Source: Verrucomicrobia bacterium UBA6614 (GTDB taxonomy: Bacteria; Verrucomicrobiota; Verrucomicrobiia; Limisphaerales; UBA1100). From it: DNA of 64,000 nucleotides. The DNA lies in the NCBI GenBank assembly GCA_002433235.1, contig DJHS01000047.1, forward strand, positions 1,369 to 65,368, read 5' to 3'. Positions 1 to 8,816 of the stretch are shown here, piece by piece. Position numbers and translations under genes: made by a program. The notes below the pieces were generated by a model, which saw only the letters and a program-made list of their open reading frames with translations, was not told the origin of the DNA and searched no databases. Every line of letters begins with the position of its first letter. The stretch's first letter is position 1.

Positions 1-537
1 GGACGCAAGCCGAAGGCGGCCAAGTGCGGAATGCTTTTCTCGGGCGGCGTGGTGGAAGCGGTGGCCGATTTTTGGGGAGGACTGCGGGTGCCGCTGGTGG
101 TGGACCCGGTTTTGGCGTCATCGAGTGGAGGAAGCCTCTTGAGCGCGGGAGGAATTCGTGTGTTGCGCAGACGATTGCTTCCTGTTTGCCGATTGGTAAC
201 CCCCAACTTGGCGGAAGCGGAAGTGTTGACGGGCTTGAAGGTGCGTGGCCGGGAAGGGATGGCGGTTGCGGCGCGGGCATTGTTTGAAAAGTACGGATGC
301 GCGGCGGTCGTGACAGGGGGGCATCTGAAGGGGCGTGAGGTGGTGGAGATGTTTTTTGATGGGCGGGAAGAGATGGTGCTGGTGTCGGGCCGGGTGAAAG
401 GGAATTGGCGAGGAACGGGATGCCGGTTTTCAGCGGCAGTGGCGGCGGGTTTGGCGCATGGCGATTCGCTGGCGGCGGCGGTGAAAAAGGCGCAGGGGGT
501 TGTGGCGGCGTTTTTGAGAACCGCTGATGGGTGTTGA
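1..537 (+). CDS. thiD: hydroxymethylpyrimidine/phosphomethylpyrimidine kinase ThiD-like (C-terminal part; 5' end lies outside window)
   Basis: Reading frame is open from base 1 (GRKPKAAKCGMLFSGG...); ribokinase-fold ThiD/PdxK motifs (VVDPVL, GGHLKG, GTGC); stop TGA 535-537. Confidence 0.75.
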   Translation, partial: GRKPKAAKCGMLFSGGVVEAVADFWGGLRVPLVVDPVLASSSGGSLLSAGGIRVLRRRLLPVCRLVTPNLAEAEVLTGLKVRGREGMAVAARALFEKYGCAAVVTGGHLKGREVVEMFFDGREEMVLVSGRVKGNWRGTGCRFSAAVAAGLAHGDSLAAAVKKAQGVVAAFLRTADGC

Positions 538-556
538 TTAATTTCGTGTTTTTCTC

Positions 557-1462
557 TTGGGTCCGTGGTTCAAGGGGCGTGTGCGTGTTTGCGTGATTTT
601 CAACCCAACGGCGAAGGGCGACCGGGCGCGTCGATTTCTGGCCAGGCTGGAAGGACTGGGGGAAGGGTGTGAATTGCGGCCGACGACGGAGGCTGGAGAG
701 GGGATGGCCTTGGCGGAGGCGGCGGTGTGGGATGGGTTTGAGACGATTGTGGCGGCGGGAGGGGACGGGACAATCAACGAAGTGGTGAATGGAATGGCGC
801 GAGCCGAGGGGCTTGGGAGGGCACGGCTGGGAGTGTTGCCGTGGGGATCGGTGAATGTGTTTGCCAAGGAACTGGGGATTCCCGAGCGGTTTGAGGAGGC
901 TTGGGGCGTGGTCTTGCGAGGGAGCGAGCGACTGGTGGATTTGGGCTGGATGGAGCTGGGAGAGGAGAAGGTGCGGCGTTGTTTTGTGCAGTTGGCGGGG
1001 GCGGGTCTGGATGGACGGGCGGTGGAACTGGTGGATTGGGAGACCAAGAAGCAGTGGGGTGACTTGGCTTACGTTTTGGCGGGATGGCGGGCGCTGGGGG
1101 AAGAGTTGCCACAAATCACAGTGCGCGTGGCGGGGGAGACGGTTCGGGGGCAGTTGGCCTTGGTGGGGAACGGGCGATTTTATGGGGGGCGGCACGTATT
1201 TTTTCCGGAGGCGAAACTGGATGATGGGATTCTGGATTTGGTGATTTTGGAAGAAGTGCGCCGGGACCGGATATTTAATTATGCCTCGGCGGTATTGCGG
1301 GATCGGGTAACCACAATGGAGGGGGTGCGTTGCTTGAGGGGGGATGAGTTTGAAATGGAGGCGGAGGGGCGAGTTCCAGTGGAAATGGAGGGGGACGCGG
1401 TGGGGGTGTTGCCGGCCCGAGGATGGGTGGAGCGTAGGGTGTTGCGGGTCTTGGCAGGGTAG
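557..1462 (+). CDS. lipid kinase, diacylglycerol-kinase catalytic domain (YegS/BmrU family)
   Basis: IFNPTAKG ... AAGGDGTINEVVNG signature of DAGK_cat lipid kinases; 301-aa ORF. Confidence 0.8.
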   Translation: MGPWFKGRVRVCVIFNPTAKGDRARRFLARLEGLGEGCELRPTTEAGEGMALAEAAVWDGFETIVAAGGDGTINEVVNGMARAEGLGRARLGVLPWGSVNVFAKELGIPERFEEAWGVVLRGSERLVDLGWMELGEEKVRRCFVQLAGAGLDGRAVELVDWETKKQWGDLAYVLAGWRALGEELPQITVRVAGETVRGQLALVGNGRFYGGRHVFFPEAKLDDGILDLVILEEVRRDRIFNYASAVLRDRVTTMEGVRCLRGDEFEMEAEGRVPVEMEGDAVGVLPARGWVERRVLRVLAG

Positions 1463-1542
1463 GTTGTGGGATCGGCACTTGACCTGCGGGCTTGCTTGCG
1501 GAGAATCGGGCTTTCCTTCTGGTCGGGGAATGGTCTGTTGAC

Positions 1543-2190
1543 ATGGCATTGAAAAAGAACTCAAAGGGCCCGCGGCCGGAGATTCCCCGCAAGACGGTTT
1601 ACCGGCTTTCAATTTACAACCGTTGCCTACAACGACTGGCGGTTAATGGCATCAAGACGGTCTCCAGTGAAGCACTCGCGAGGGCGGCGGGCGTGAAATC
1701 CACCCAGTTGCGAAAGGACCTGACGTATTTCGGTCAATTTGGCACTCGGGGATTGGGTTACGAGGTGGAGCAGTTGTCGCAGATGATTGTGGATCTGCTG
1801 GGAACCAGCAGCCTGCAGCCGGTTGTTCTGGTGGGGGTGGGCAACCTTGGGCGGGCCTTGTTGTCCTATCGGGGATTCCAAAAGGAGGGGTTTGAGGTGG
1901 TGGGCGCGTTTGATATCGACCCGGTGGGGAAGGGAGCCAAGAGTCCCGCGCTGGAGGTGTTGCCCATGGCGCGGCTGGGGGAAATTGCGCGTGATAGCGG
2001 GGTGCGGTTGGCGATTATTTGTGTGCCGCCAGAGGAGGCTCAAGAGGTGGCAAATGACTTGGTGGCGGCGGGGGTGACGGGCATCATGAATTTTGCGCCG
2101 ACAGTTTTGCAGGTTCCAGACGAGGTGATGGTAAACAACGTTAACCTTGCGATTGAACTGGAGAACCTGAGCTATTTCATCCAGCAATAA
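1543..2190 (+). CDS. rex: redox-sensing transcriptional repressor Rex
   Basis: ATG at 1543 (ORF track opens at 1492) gives MALKKNSKGPRPEIPRKTVYRLSIYNRCL... winged-helix plus Rossmann GVGNLG; typical Rex length. Confidence 0.85.
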   Translation: MALKKNSKGPRPEIPRKTVYRLSIYNRCLQRLAVNGIKTVSSEALARAAGVKSTQLRKDLTYFGQFGTRGLGYEVEQLSQMIVDLLGTSSLQPVVLVGVGNLGRALLSYRGFQKEGFEVVGAFDIDPVGKGAKSPALEVLPMARLGEIARDSGVRLAIICVPPEEAQEVANDLVAAGVTGIMNFAPTVLQVPDEVMVNNVNLAIELENLSYFIQQ

Positions 2191-2193
2191 ACG

Positions 2194-2550
2194 TCAGTTG
2201 ACCGCGGCGGCCGCGGCGGCACCTTCATCCATCAGGATTATATAGGGAGGCTCGTACTTATTGCAGCGTAAGCGAAAGGTTTCGCCCTTGCGGCATTCGC
2301 GCGTGAAAATCTGGTGGCTGCGGTTGTTCCAGCCAATAATCTCCATGCCTTTGACCTGAGCCCAGCCGCGGGCCATGAATTGGCCGGCGGAGAGCCGTTC
2401 CTCGGTCCAGCCGCCACTGCTGTTGCCTTGGTAATCGTAATTCAAGGCGAGGTAAACGCGACCGGTTCGAGTGATTTCAAAGTCGGCGTTGCCATTGGTG
2501 CGTTTCGAGTCACCGGAAAAAATACTGGCCCCGAGAAGAATCTCCGGCAC
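2194..2550 (-). CDS. hypothetical protein (possible C-terminal half of the upstream secreted protein; same frame, separated by a single TGA)
   Basis: 118-aa ORF in the same frame as 2557..2937 with only TGA+2 codons between; GTG start; beta-rich composition. Confidence 0.4.
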   Translation of the reverse strand: MPEILLGASIFSGDSKRTNGNADFEITRTGRVYLALNYDYQGNSSGGWTEERLSAGQFMARGWAQVKGMEIIGWNNRSHQIFTRECRKGETFRLRCNKYEPPYIILMDEGAAAAAAVN

Positions 2551-2556
2551 ACGGGC

Positions 2557-2937
2557 TCAGCGTCCGCCGGTGTCCTTTTTGGAGGTGATGAGTCGTTCCG
2601 GCAAGGAGAGCATGGCCTTGATCTCGGAGGGGTTCTTGGGGTTGATGGCGTCAACGAACAGTTCGGCCGTGAAACGCTTGCCGGCGTCTGTTGATCTTAA
2701 AAGTCGGTCAATTTCAGCTTGGGGCAGGATGGCATCGCGCGGCGACAGTTGTTTGGCCAATTTCTCCAGATCGGCGAGCTGTTGCTCGATCAAATCCAAA
2801 TTCTCGGCCTTGTGTTTTTCCTCCAAGGCTTTGCGCTGGCGATTCTGTTTATTGATGAACTTGGTGAGAGATTTGGGCGCGGCCTCTGTCAGGGCGGCGG
2901 AAACGATGATTGCGAGAATGGCGGTGACGATCTTCAT
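2557..2937 (-). CDS. secreted coiled-coil protein, hypothetical (signal peptide MKIVTAILAIIVSAALTEA)
   Basis: N-terminal signal peptide, Lys/Glu-rich helical region; ends at TGA 2557-2559 that is in frame with the next ORF. Confidence 0.5.
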   Translation of the reverse strand: MKIVTAILAIIVSAALTEAAPKSLTKFINKQNRQRKALEEKHKAENLDLIEQQLADLEKLAKQLSPRDAILPQAEIDRLLRSTDAGKRFTAELFVDAINPKNPSEIKAMLSLPERLITSKKDTGGR

Positions 2938-3066
2938 GTGTTTTTGGACGGTGAAACCAGTGTTTCTGCTTCAACGCCAGATGGCTACGCAAAAAAGCCG
3001 GCCCCGGAGGATGGGGCCGGCTTTGGTGGGTACTGTTTCTGTGTTCAGCAGGGCGGAAGATGAAGG

Positions 3067-4194
3067 TCAGGGAAGCCGGACGATCTCGAGATCGAGTTTG
3101 CCTTCCCGTTCACGGAGGATAGCAGCCTGTTGGTCGCCGTATTTATCAACCTGTATCGCGCCATGGAGCGCCTCGACCACCTCTATCCCTTGAGGATCCT
3201 TTGCGACATTCCGGTCACGGCGCGTGGCTTTTTCGTTGGTCCTGTCCTTGGCGCTCACGGCAATGTGTTTCATGTCGATGCGGGCGGCCCAGTATTTGCT
3301 CGGGGTGTAGGCGAACGGTTTGTGGAAACGCATGGTGTGGGTGACCAGCCAACTCTTGCCGCCGCTCTTGTAGGTGAACATATCAACGGGCCGGTTTCCG
3401 GATCCAAGTTCAAGGACGCTGGTGCCCTTGACTTGCCCGTTGTTCTCTAGGTTTTCCAAGGGAAATTTGGCAATGGGCGTGCAGGCGAAGGAGCCAACCA
3501 TGTAGGGCGCGCCTTCTTGTTCGTAGAGCACGAAGCTCTGGATGGGGGCCTTGGTTTCCCAGCGGCGATGGGCCACGTGGTAGGTGTCCGTGCTGTAGGT
3601 GTTGCCAGCGGTGCCGGAGGCAAGCGGGAGCGGGAGGGAGAATATGCGGCTTCGGAAGGCATCATTGCTTTGTCCAGCGACGAGAATGCGGCCGGTCGCG
3701 AGGCCCAAGTCCGCAATTCTTGATATCCTCAACTTCTCGTTCAATTTGGCCCGGACCCACTGGACCTTTTCGGTGTCCAATGCAGAGAGCTTCCCGGCTG
3801 CGTTGACCGTAAGGATCGCGGACAGACCGTCGCTGCGTTGTGTAGAAAGATAGATTGTGCCCGTTTCCGGGTTGACGGCGAGATCATTGATGGTCACGGA
3901 CTTAGCGCCCAAGGCACTGGCGATTTTTTTGCTGACGTCGGGCACGGAGCCGATGAGGGGTTTGAATACGCCCCGGTCACCCGTGTCGATGGCGACAATT
4001 GAGCCGGCTGCCTCGGCAACGAGCAGGAGGCCGAAGGGTCCAGCGTGGAGATTGCCGGCTTTGTTAAATTTGAGGCCGCCTGTCTTTGGAGCTTTAAGAT
4101 AGGCTGAGGCCGCGGTGGGTGGGGCGGGGGAATCTTCAGCGAAGATGTTTGCGGCCAGTGTGAGTGACAATAGGGAGAGGGTGATTTGCTTCAT
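3067..4194 (-). CDS. secreted hypothetical protein
   Basis: ORF track 3067..4305; internal ATG at ~4194 gives signal peptide MKQITLSLLSLTLAANIFA; no recognisable catalytic motif. Confidence 0.6.
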   Translation of the reverse strand: MKQITLSLLSLTLAANIFAEDSPAPPTAASAYLKAPKTGGLKFNKAGNLHAGPFGLLLVAEAAGSIVAIDTGDRGVFKPLIGSVPDVSKKIASALGAKSVTINDLAVNPETGTIYLSTQRSDGLSAILTVNAAGKLSALDTEKVQWVRAKLNEKLRISRIADLGLATGRILVAGQSNDAFRSRIFSLPLPLASGTAGNTYSTDTYHVAHRRWETKAPIQSFVLYEQEGAPYMVGSFACTPIAKFPLENLENNGQVKGTSVLELGSGNRPVDMFTYKSGGKSWLVTHTMRFHKPFAYTPSKYWAARIDMKHIAVSAKDRTNEKATRRDRNVAKDPQGIEVVEALHGAIQVDKYGDQQAAILREREGKLDLEIVRLP

Positions 4195-4276
4195 GGCGAC
4201 CGGGTTGAGAGAGCAGTGTAGACCGTCGGCCTTAGCTGGCAACCCAAATTGCGTGAATTCATTGGACAACCGACCG

Positions 4277-5215
4277 ATGGCATTGGACATTCTGCGGATG
4301 CGCATTTTTCAACGGGAATGGCTTTTGGTTTTGGTGGCGGGATTGTTGTTCGCGGGGTGTTGTTCCTCGCCTTCGCGGATCATTGATACACACATCCATT
4401 TGTATGACACCTCGCGTGATGGCGGCGTCCCTTGGCCCCCGGAAGATGATGACGTGCTTTATCGGCCGACGTTGCCCAAGCATTTTGATGAGGTTTGTCG
4501 GGAGAATGGCGTTACGGCGACGGTGATCGTGGAAGCCAGTGACTTGGTGAAGGACAATCAGTGGGTGTTGGATTTGGTGGCGCACAATCCGCGGCGTTAC
4601 ATTGGACTGGTAGGCAACCTGCCGATTGGTACGCCAGGATTCTCGGGACATCTGGAACGATTGGCGGCGGATAAGCGGTATGTGGGCATTCGCATGCGGC
4701 AGCGGCCGGGTGGGGATGCGTTTTTTACGGACGCGGTTTGGCGCGACTTGAGGCTGTTGGCGGAGAAGGGACTCGTGCTGGATGTGTTGCTGGCGAATTT
4801 CAGCTTGGAGGACATTGTGTTGGTCGCGGAGAAAGTTCCGGGATTGAAGATAATGATCAATCACGTAACGGGGTTGATGATCACGGGTGCCCCGGCTGAG
4901 CCGGCATGGGCGGATAAAGTGAGGGCGGCTGCACGGTTTCCGAATGTCTATTGCAAAGTGAGCGGGATTTTCCAGCGGAGCGGCAAGATGCCGGCGCCGA
5001 AGGAATTGAGCTATTACGCGCCGATTTTTGAGGTGGTCTGGGAGGCGTTCGGAGAAGATCGGATTGTCTATGGCAGCAACTGGCCGGTGACGGATCGAGG
5101 CGGCGAATATCACGAGCAACTTTCAATCATCCGGGAATTCTTCGCGCCGAAGGGAAATAAAGTGCTCGAAAAATTGTTCTGGAAGAATGCGGTGAAATTT
5201 TATGGGGTGAATTGA
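4277..5215 (+). CDS. amidohydrolase-2 family TIM-barrel metal-dependent hydrolase (lipoprotein-type signal)
   Basis: IIDTHIHLY metal-binding motif; start ATG ~4277 gives MALDILRMRIFQREWLLVLVAGLLFAGCCSS. Confidence 0.7.
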   Translation: MALDILRMRIFQREWLLVLVAGLLFAGCCSSPSRIIDTHIHLYDTSRDGGVPWPPEDDDVLYRPTLPKHFDEVCRENGVTATVIVEASDLVKDNQWVLDLVAHNPRRYIGLVGNLPIGTPGFSGHLERLAADKRYVGIRMRQRPGGDAFFTDAVWRDLRLLAEKGLVLDVLLANFSLEDIVLVAEKVPGLKIMINHVTGLMITGAPAEPAWADKVRAAARFPNVYCKVSGIFQRSGKMPAPKELSYYAPIFEVVWEAFGEDRIVYGSNWPVTDRGGEYHEQLSIIREFFAPKGNKVLEKLFWKNAVKFYGVN

Positions 5216-5348
5216 TTCACCACAGGGGCACCAAGAACACAGAGGGTTCAGAGAATTTTATTTTGATCGTTCTGTGTTTTGGTGCCTCTGTGGTTAAAGA
5301 CAAACCCCTTGCCAGAGGGGAGCCTTCGCACCATCCTCGCCCAACACC

Positions 5349-6242
5349 ATGAAAACGAATAGACGCTCCTTTTTGCAGGGCACCCTTTCGGCCGCGGCCG
5401 CGGCGGGTGCAACTTGGTTTGATGTGCCGGAACTGTTGGCCAAGTCGGTGAAGCTTTCCAAGGCGCGGGCAGAGTCCCTTCGCAAATATGGTGGGTTTCC
5501 CATGGGTATCCAGAGTTACTCGTTGCGGGCGTTTGGCATCGATGGCAAGGAAGGGGCATTGCAGAAGATTGATGATCTGGGCCTACACTGGGTGGAATTT
5601 TTTGGACGGCATTACCCGATTACGCCGGACAAGGTGAAGATCGCTGAGATGAATGCCAAGCTGGCGAAACATGACATGAGCGTGAGTTCGCACGGGGTCA
5701 ATGGCTTTGGCAATAACCACGAGGCGAACGAAAAGATTTTCCAGTTTGCCAAGTTGGCAGGCATCCCGAACATCAGCGCGGATCCACGGCCGGACAGTTT
5801 TGAGAGCTTGGACAAGCTGGTGGAGAAGTACAACGTCCGCATTGCCATTCACAACCACGGCCCGGGTCATCGCTACAACAAGATTGAGGACTGCCTGAAG
5901 GCGGTGAAGGGGCACGACAAGCGCATTGGGTTCTGTGCGGATCTTGGCCATTTTATTCGTAGCGCGGAAGATCCGGTGGAGGTGGTGAACCGTCTGGGGG
6001 ATCGTTTGTACGGGATTCACCTGAAGGATTTTGCCGAGCAAAAGCAGCGCACCAAGGGTGTCATCATCGGCAAGGGGCACCTTGACGTGGTGGGCGTTTT
6101 CAAGGCGCTCAAGAAGGTGGGCTTTCCGGCGGACGGCGCGTTGAGTTTGGAGTATGAGGAAAATGCGGCCAACCCGATTCCGGATATCAAGGAATGCCTC
6201 GCCATCGCGGCGGAAGGTGCGCAAAAGGCACTGAGGGGCTGA
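5349..6242 (+). CDS. sugar phosphate isomerase/epimerase (xylose-isomerase-like TIM barrel), TAT signal
   Basis: MKTNRRSFLQGTLSAAAAAGA twin-arginine signal; HNHGPGH...FCADLGHF motifs of the AP-endonuclease 2/xylose isomerase-like barrel. Confidence 0.8.
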   Translation: MKTNRRSFLQGTLSAAAAAGATWFDVPELLAKSVKLSKARAESLRKYGGFPMGIQSYSLRAFGIDGKEGALQKIDDLGLHWVEFFGRHYPITPDKVKIAEMNAKLAKHDMSVSSHGVNGFGNNHEANEKIFQFAKLAGIPNISADPRPDSFESLDKLVEKYNVRIAIHNHGPGHRYNKIEDCLKAVKGHDKRIGFCADLGHFIRSAEDPVEVVNRLGDRLYGIHLKDFAEQKQRTKGVIIGKGHLDVVGVFKALKKVGFPADGALSLEYEENAANPIPDIKECLAIAAEGAQKALRG

Positions 6243-6258
6243 GCCTGGTTAATCATTG

Positions 6259-6298
6259 AGCCGGGCGATGGCAAAGGGAATCGCCCGGCTTTTTTGTT
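6259..6298 (+). terminator. rho-independent terminator after isomerase gene
   Basis: agccgggcga(6259-6268)/tcgcccggct(6281-6290) 10-bp stem, 12-nt loop, followed by tttttgtt. Confidence 0.7.
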
Positions 6299-6356
6299 GC
6301 CGGCGGGAACGTATCATTGAGTGGCATGATCGAGGTGTTGATAAAATCAATTATCT

Positions 6357-8015
6357 GTGTTGCGTCGAGTTGTGGCAGTGTCTCGCCCCGTGAGTAAAAT
6401 CGCGCACAAGTCGCTGGCCGGCAGAGGATTTCTTTCCCTCGTCTTCACCCAGTTCTTCGGGGTGATTAATGACAACCTGTTGAAGCAAGTCCTCACCTTC
6501 AGTGTCGCCGCGGCAGGAATCTGGAAAGGAGCGCTTGGGGATGGCGGGCAAGGGGTGGTGGCGATGTGTCTGGTGCTGCCTTTCCTTTTGTTCTCTGCGG
6601 TGGCCGGCCAGTTGGCTGACAAGTACAGCAAACAACTGGTGGCGCGCCGAGTGAAGGAGGCGGAGTTTCTGATCGCGCTGACTGCCTTGGCGGGTTTCTG
6701 GTGGGGCAATGTTTGGCTTTGCCTTCTGGCGATGTTTCTACTCGGGGTGCAGAGTGCCTTCTTTGGGCCCGCCAAGTACGGGGTGATCCCGGAATTGGTG
6801 AGGGAAAATCAACTGGGCTGGGGCAATGGCATAGTGAATATGCTCACCAATGTGGCGGCGGTGCTGGCCATTGTGGTGGGGGGGCCGCTTTACGAGAAAT
6901 TTGCCGGCCAAAAGAACACGGCTGCTGGGCCAGTGGATATTGGGGAGCCGATGGCTTGGTTGCCGGGGTTGTTGCTGTTGCTGGTGGCGGGCTTGGGGTT
7001 GGCAGCGGTCCGGTTCATGCCTGAGTTGCCGGCGAAGCGGCCGGATTTAAAATTCAAGTGGGAATTCTTCGCGCCCTACCTGAGAACCCTGCGGCATATG
7101 CGCGACGGTGGGACGCCCATCCTCACCGTGGCGGTGTTGCGGTCGAGCTTCTTCATGCTGGCCTACATCATCATCCTGATTCTGGCGGATTATACGGTGG
7201 TGCTCGGATTGCCCGAGGCGGAGGTAAGCTTGAAGTTGTTCGGGACTATTGGCGTTTCCATCGCGGTGGGGAGCATTCTGGCGGGGTTTGTGTCGCGGGG
7301 TGGAATCCAGCCCCGTTTGGTGCCCATAGGGGCCATTGGTTTGACGGTTTGTTTTTTTCTGCTGGCCGCTGCCCCATCGAGTTACATGCTGATTTATTCG
7401 GCTGAATCTGGGCAAAGCGACAGCGGCAATTTGCCGATGCTCAGGGAGAAGGGAAAAGTGCTGGTGGGGCAACAGAGAATTATAAGCCGGGTCGAGGAGT
7501 TGAGGTCAGACATAAAGCCGGAGCTGGGCAAGGGCGATTTGTCAGGGCTGTTGCAACAGGTGGCGGATGGAAAGGTGGATGGCTTGGTGATGCCCGCGGC
7601 GCGTTTGCAGGAGATCAAGCTGGAGAAAAGAGAAGGCTCCACGGTTCGCGATGTGAGTGGCAAGGGCGTGCCCGATGGATTGGCGGCGCATGCCATCAAG
7701 GCCCGCGATCGTGACGTGAAGCGCGTCATGATCTACTTGTTCTTGGTGGGAACATTCGCGGGTTTGTACGTTGTCCCGCTCCAGGCGTTGATCCAGAAAT
7801 TGGCGCCGGATGATTCCCGCGGGCGTTATATTGGCACGGCAAACGCAATAGACTCGGTGCTGGAGATTGGCGGCATCGCGTTATTCTTCGTCCTAAGAAA
7901 TGCAGGGATGGCGTCGCAGGATATTTTCTATGTGGGTGGCGCGATGGGGATCATGGCGCTGGGCTTGTTCTACTGGAAAATCCGAAGGCACTTGAATGAT
8001 CCGGAGTGGCGGTGA
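6357..8015 (+). CDS. MFS transporter (LplT-like) with ~200-aa central cytoplasmic loop
   Basis: GTG start; FLSLVFTQFFGVINDNLLKQ N-terminal MFS signature, 12 predicted TM segments, long charged loop 7390-7720. Confidence 0.7.
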   Translation: MLRRVVAVSRPVSKIAHKSLAGRGFLSLVFTQFFGVINDNLLKQVLTFSVAAAGIWKGALGDGGQGVVAMCLVLPFLLFSAVAGQLADKYSKQLVARRVKEAEFLIALTALAGFWWGNVWLCLLAMFLLGVQSAFFGPAKYGVIPELVRENQLGWGNGIVNMLTNVAAVLAIVVGGPLYEKFAGQKNTAAGPVDIGEPMAWLPGLLLLLVAGLGLAAVRFMPELPAKRPDLKFKWEFFAPYLRTLRHMRDGGTPILTVAVLRSSFFMLAYIIILILADYTVVLGLPEAEVSLKLFGTIGVSIAVGSILAGFVSRGGIQPRLVPIGAIGLTVCFFLLAAAPSSYMLIYSAESGQSDSGNLPMLREKGKVLVGQQRIISRVEELRSDIKPELGKGDLSGLLQQVADGKVDGLVMPAARLQEIKLEKREGSTVRDVSGKGVPDGLAAHAIKARDRDVKRVMIYLFLVGTFAGLYVVPLQALIQKLAPDDSRGRYIGTANAIDSVLEIGGIALFFVLRNAGMASQDIFYVGGAMGIMALGLFYWKIRRHLNDPEWR

Positions 8016-8051
8016 GCTTGACGGGGCGTGGGGCAGGTTTTACATGAGTGC

Positions 8052-8813
8052 ATGCGGATGCGAATTTACGTCCTCTTATTGGCCATGATTCCGATGATTG
8101 GTGAGGCGGCGCCCAAGCTTTGGCGGCAGATTGAAACGCGGCACTATCAATTCGAGGAGGCGAAAAAGAAAATGGTCTACACGGTGTTTGTGCCGTCGGG
8201 CTATGATCGCTCAAAGGCCGCGCCCCTGCTGGTTTTATTGCATGGCCTGTTTAGTGACCCGCATCAGGTCATCCGGTATGGGGGCTTGCTGGAGGAAGCG
8301 GAAAAGCATGGGGTCGTCGTGGCTTGTCCAATGGGGTATGACCGGGTGAGTTGGTATGGCAGTCGTGGCTCCGGCAAAATGGGTATTGGCGGCCCGCGTA
8401 ATCAGGGAGCCTTGAGCGAGAAGGACGTGATGAATGTGCTGACGATTGTTCGGAAGGACTTCAATGTGGATCCAAAGCGAATCTATCTCGGCGGCCACTC
8501 AATGGGCGGGGCAGGGACTTTTCACTTGGGCGCGAAGCATCCGGAGCTTTGGGCGGGCTTGGCGCCGATAGCGCCGGCGATGTTTGGTCTTAAGCGCGAC
8601 CTGAACAAGATAAAGGATTTGCCGGTTATTTTGGTTCAGGGCGAGAAGGACATGCTGTGTATGGCTATTTTTGCGCGTGGCTGCGTGGGGAGGATGAAGG
8701 CGCTGAAAATGGACTATCTGTATATCGAGGAAAAAGGTGGCGGCCATATTGATGTCGCAATGCGGCACTGGCCGGAAATTTTCGATTTTCTTCTCAAGAG
8801 GCCGCGTCCTTAG
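8052..8813 (+). CDS. secreted alpha/beta-hydrolase esterase (PHB-depolymerase/carboxylesterase-like)
   Basis: signal peptide MRMRIYVLLLAMIPMIGEA; LLVLLHG and GGHSMGG nucleophile-elbow motif. Confidence 0.7.
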   Translation: MRMRIYVLLLAMIPMIGEAAPKLWRQIETRHYQFEEAKKKMVYTVFVPSGYDRSKAAPLLVLLHGLFSDPHQVIRYGGLLEEAEKHGVVVACPMGYDRVSWYGSRGSGKMGIGGPRNQGALSEKDVMNVLTIVRKDFNVDPKRIYLGGHSMGGAGTFHLGAKHPELWAGLAPIAPAMFGLKRDLNKIKDLPVILVQGEKDMLCMAIFARGCVGRMKALKMDYLYIEEKGGGHIDVAMRHWPEIFDFLLKRPRP

Positions 8814-8816
8814 CGG

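Noticed and set aside
1463-1542. Rex operator (TTGTGAA-N6-TTCACAA) upstream of rex
   Set aside because: Only a weak half-site-like match (ttgtgggatcggcacttga); not convincing.
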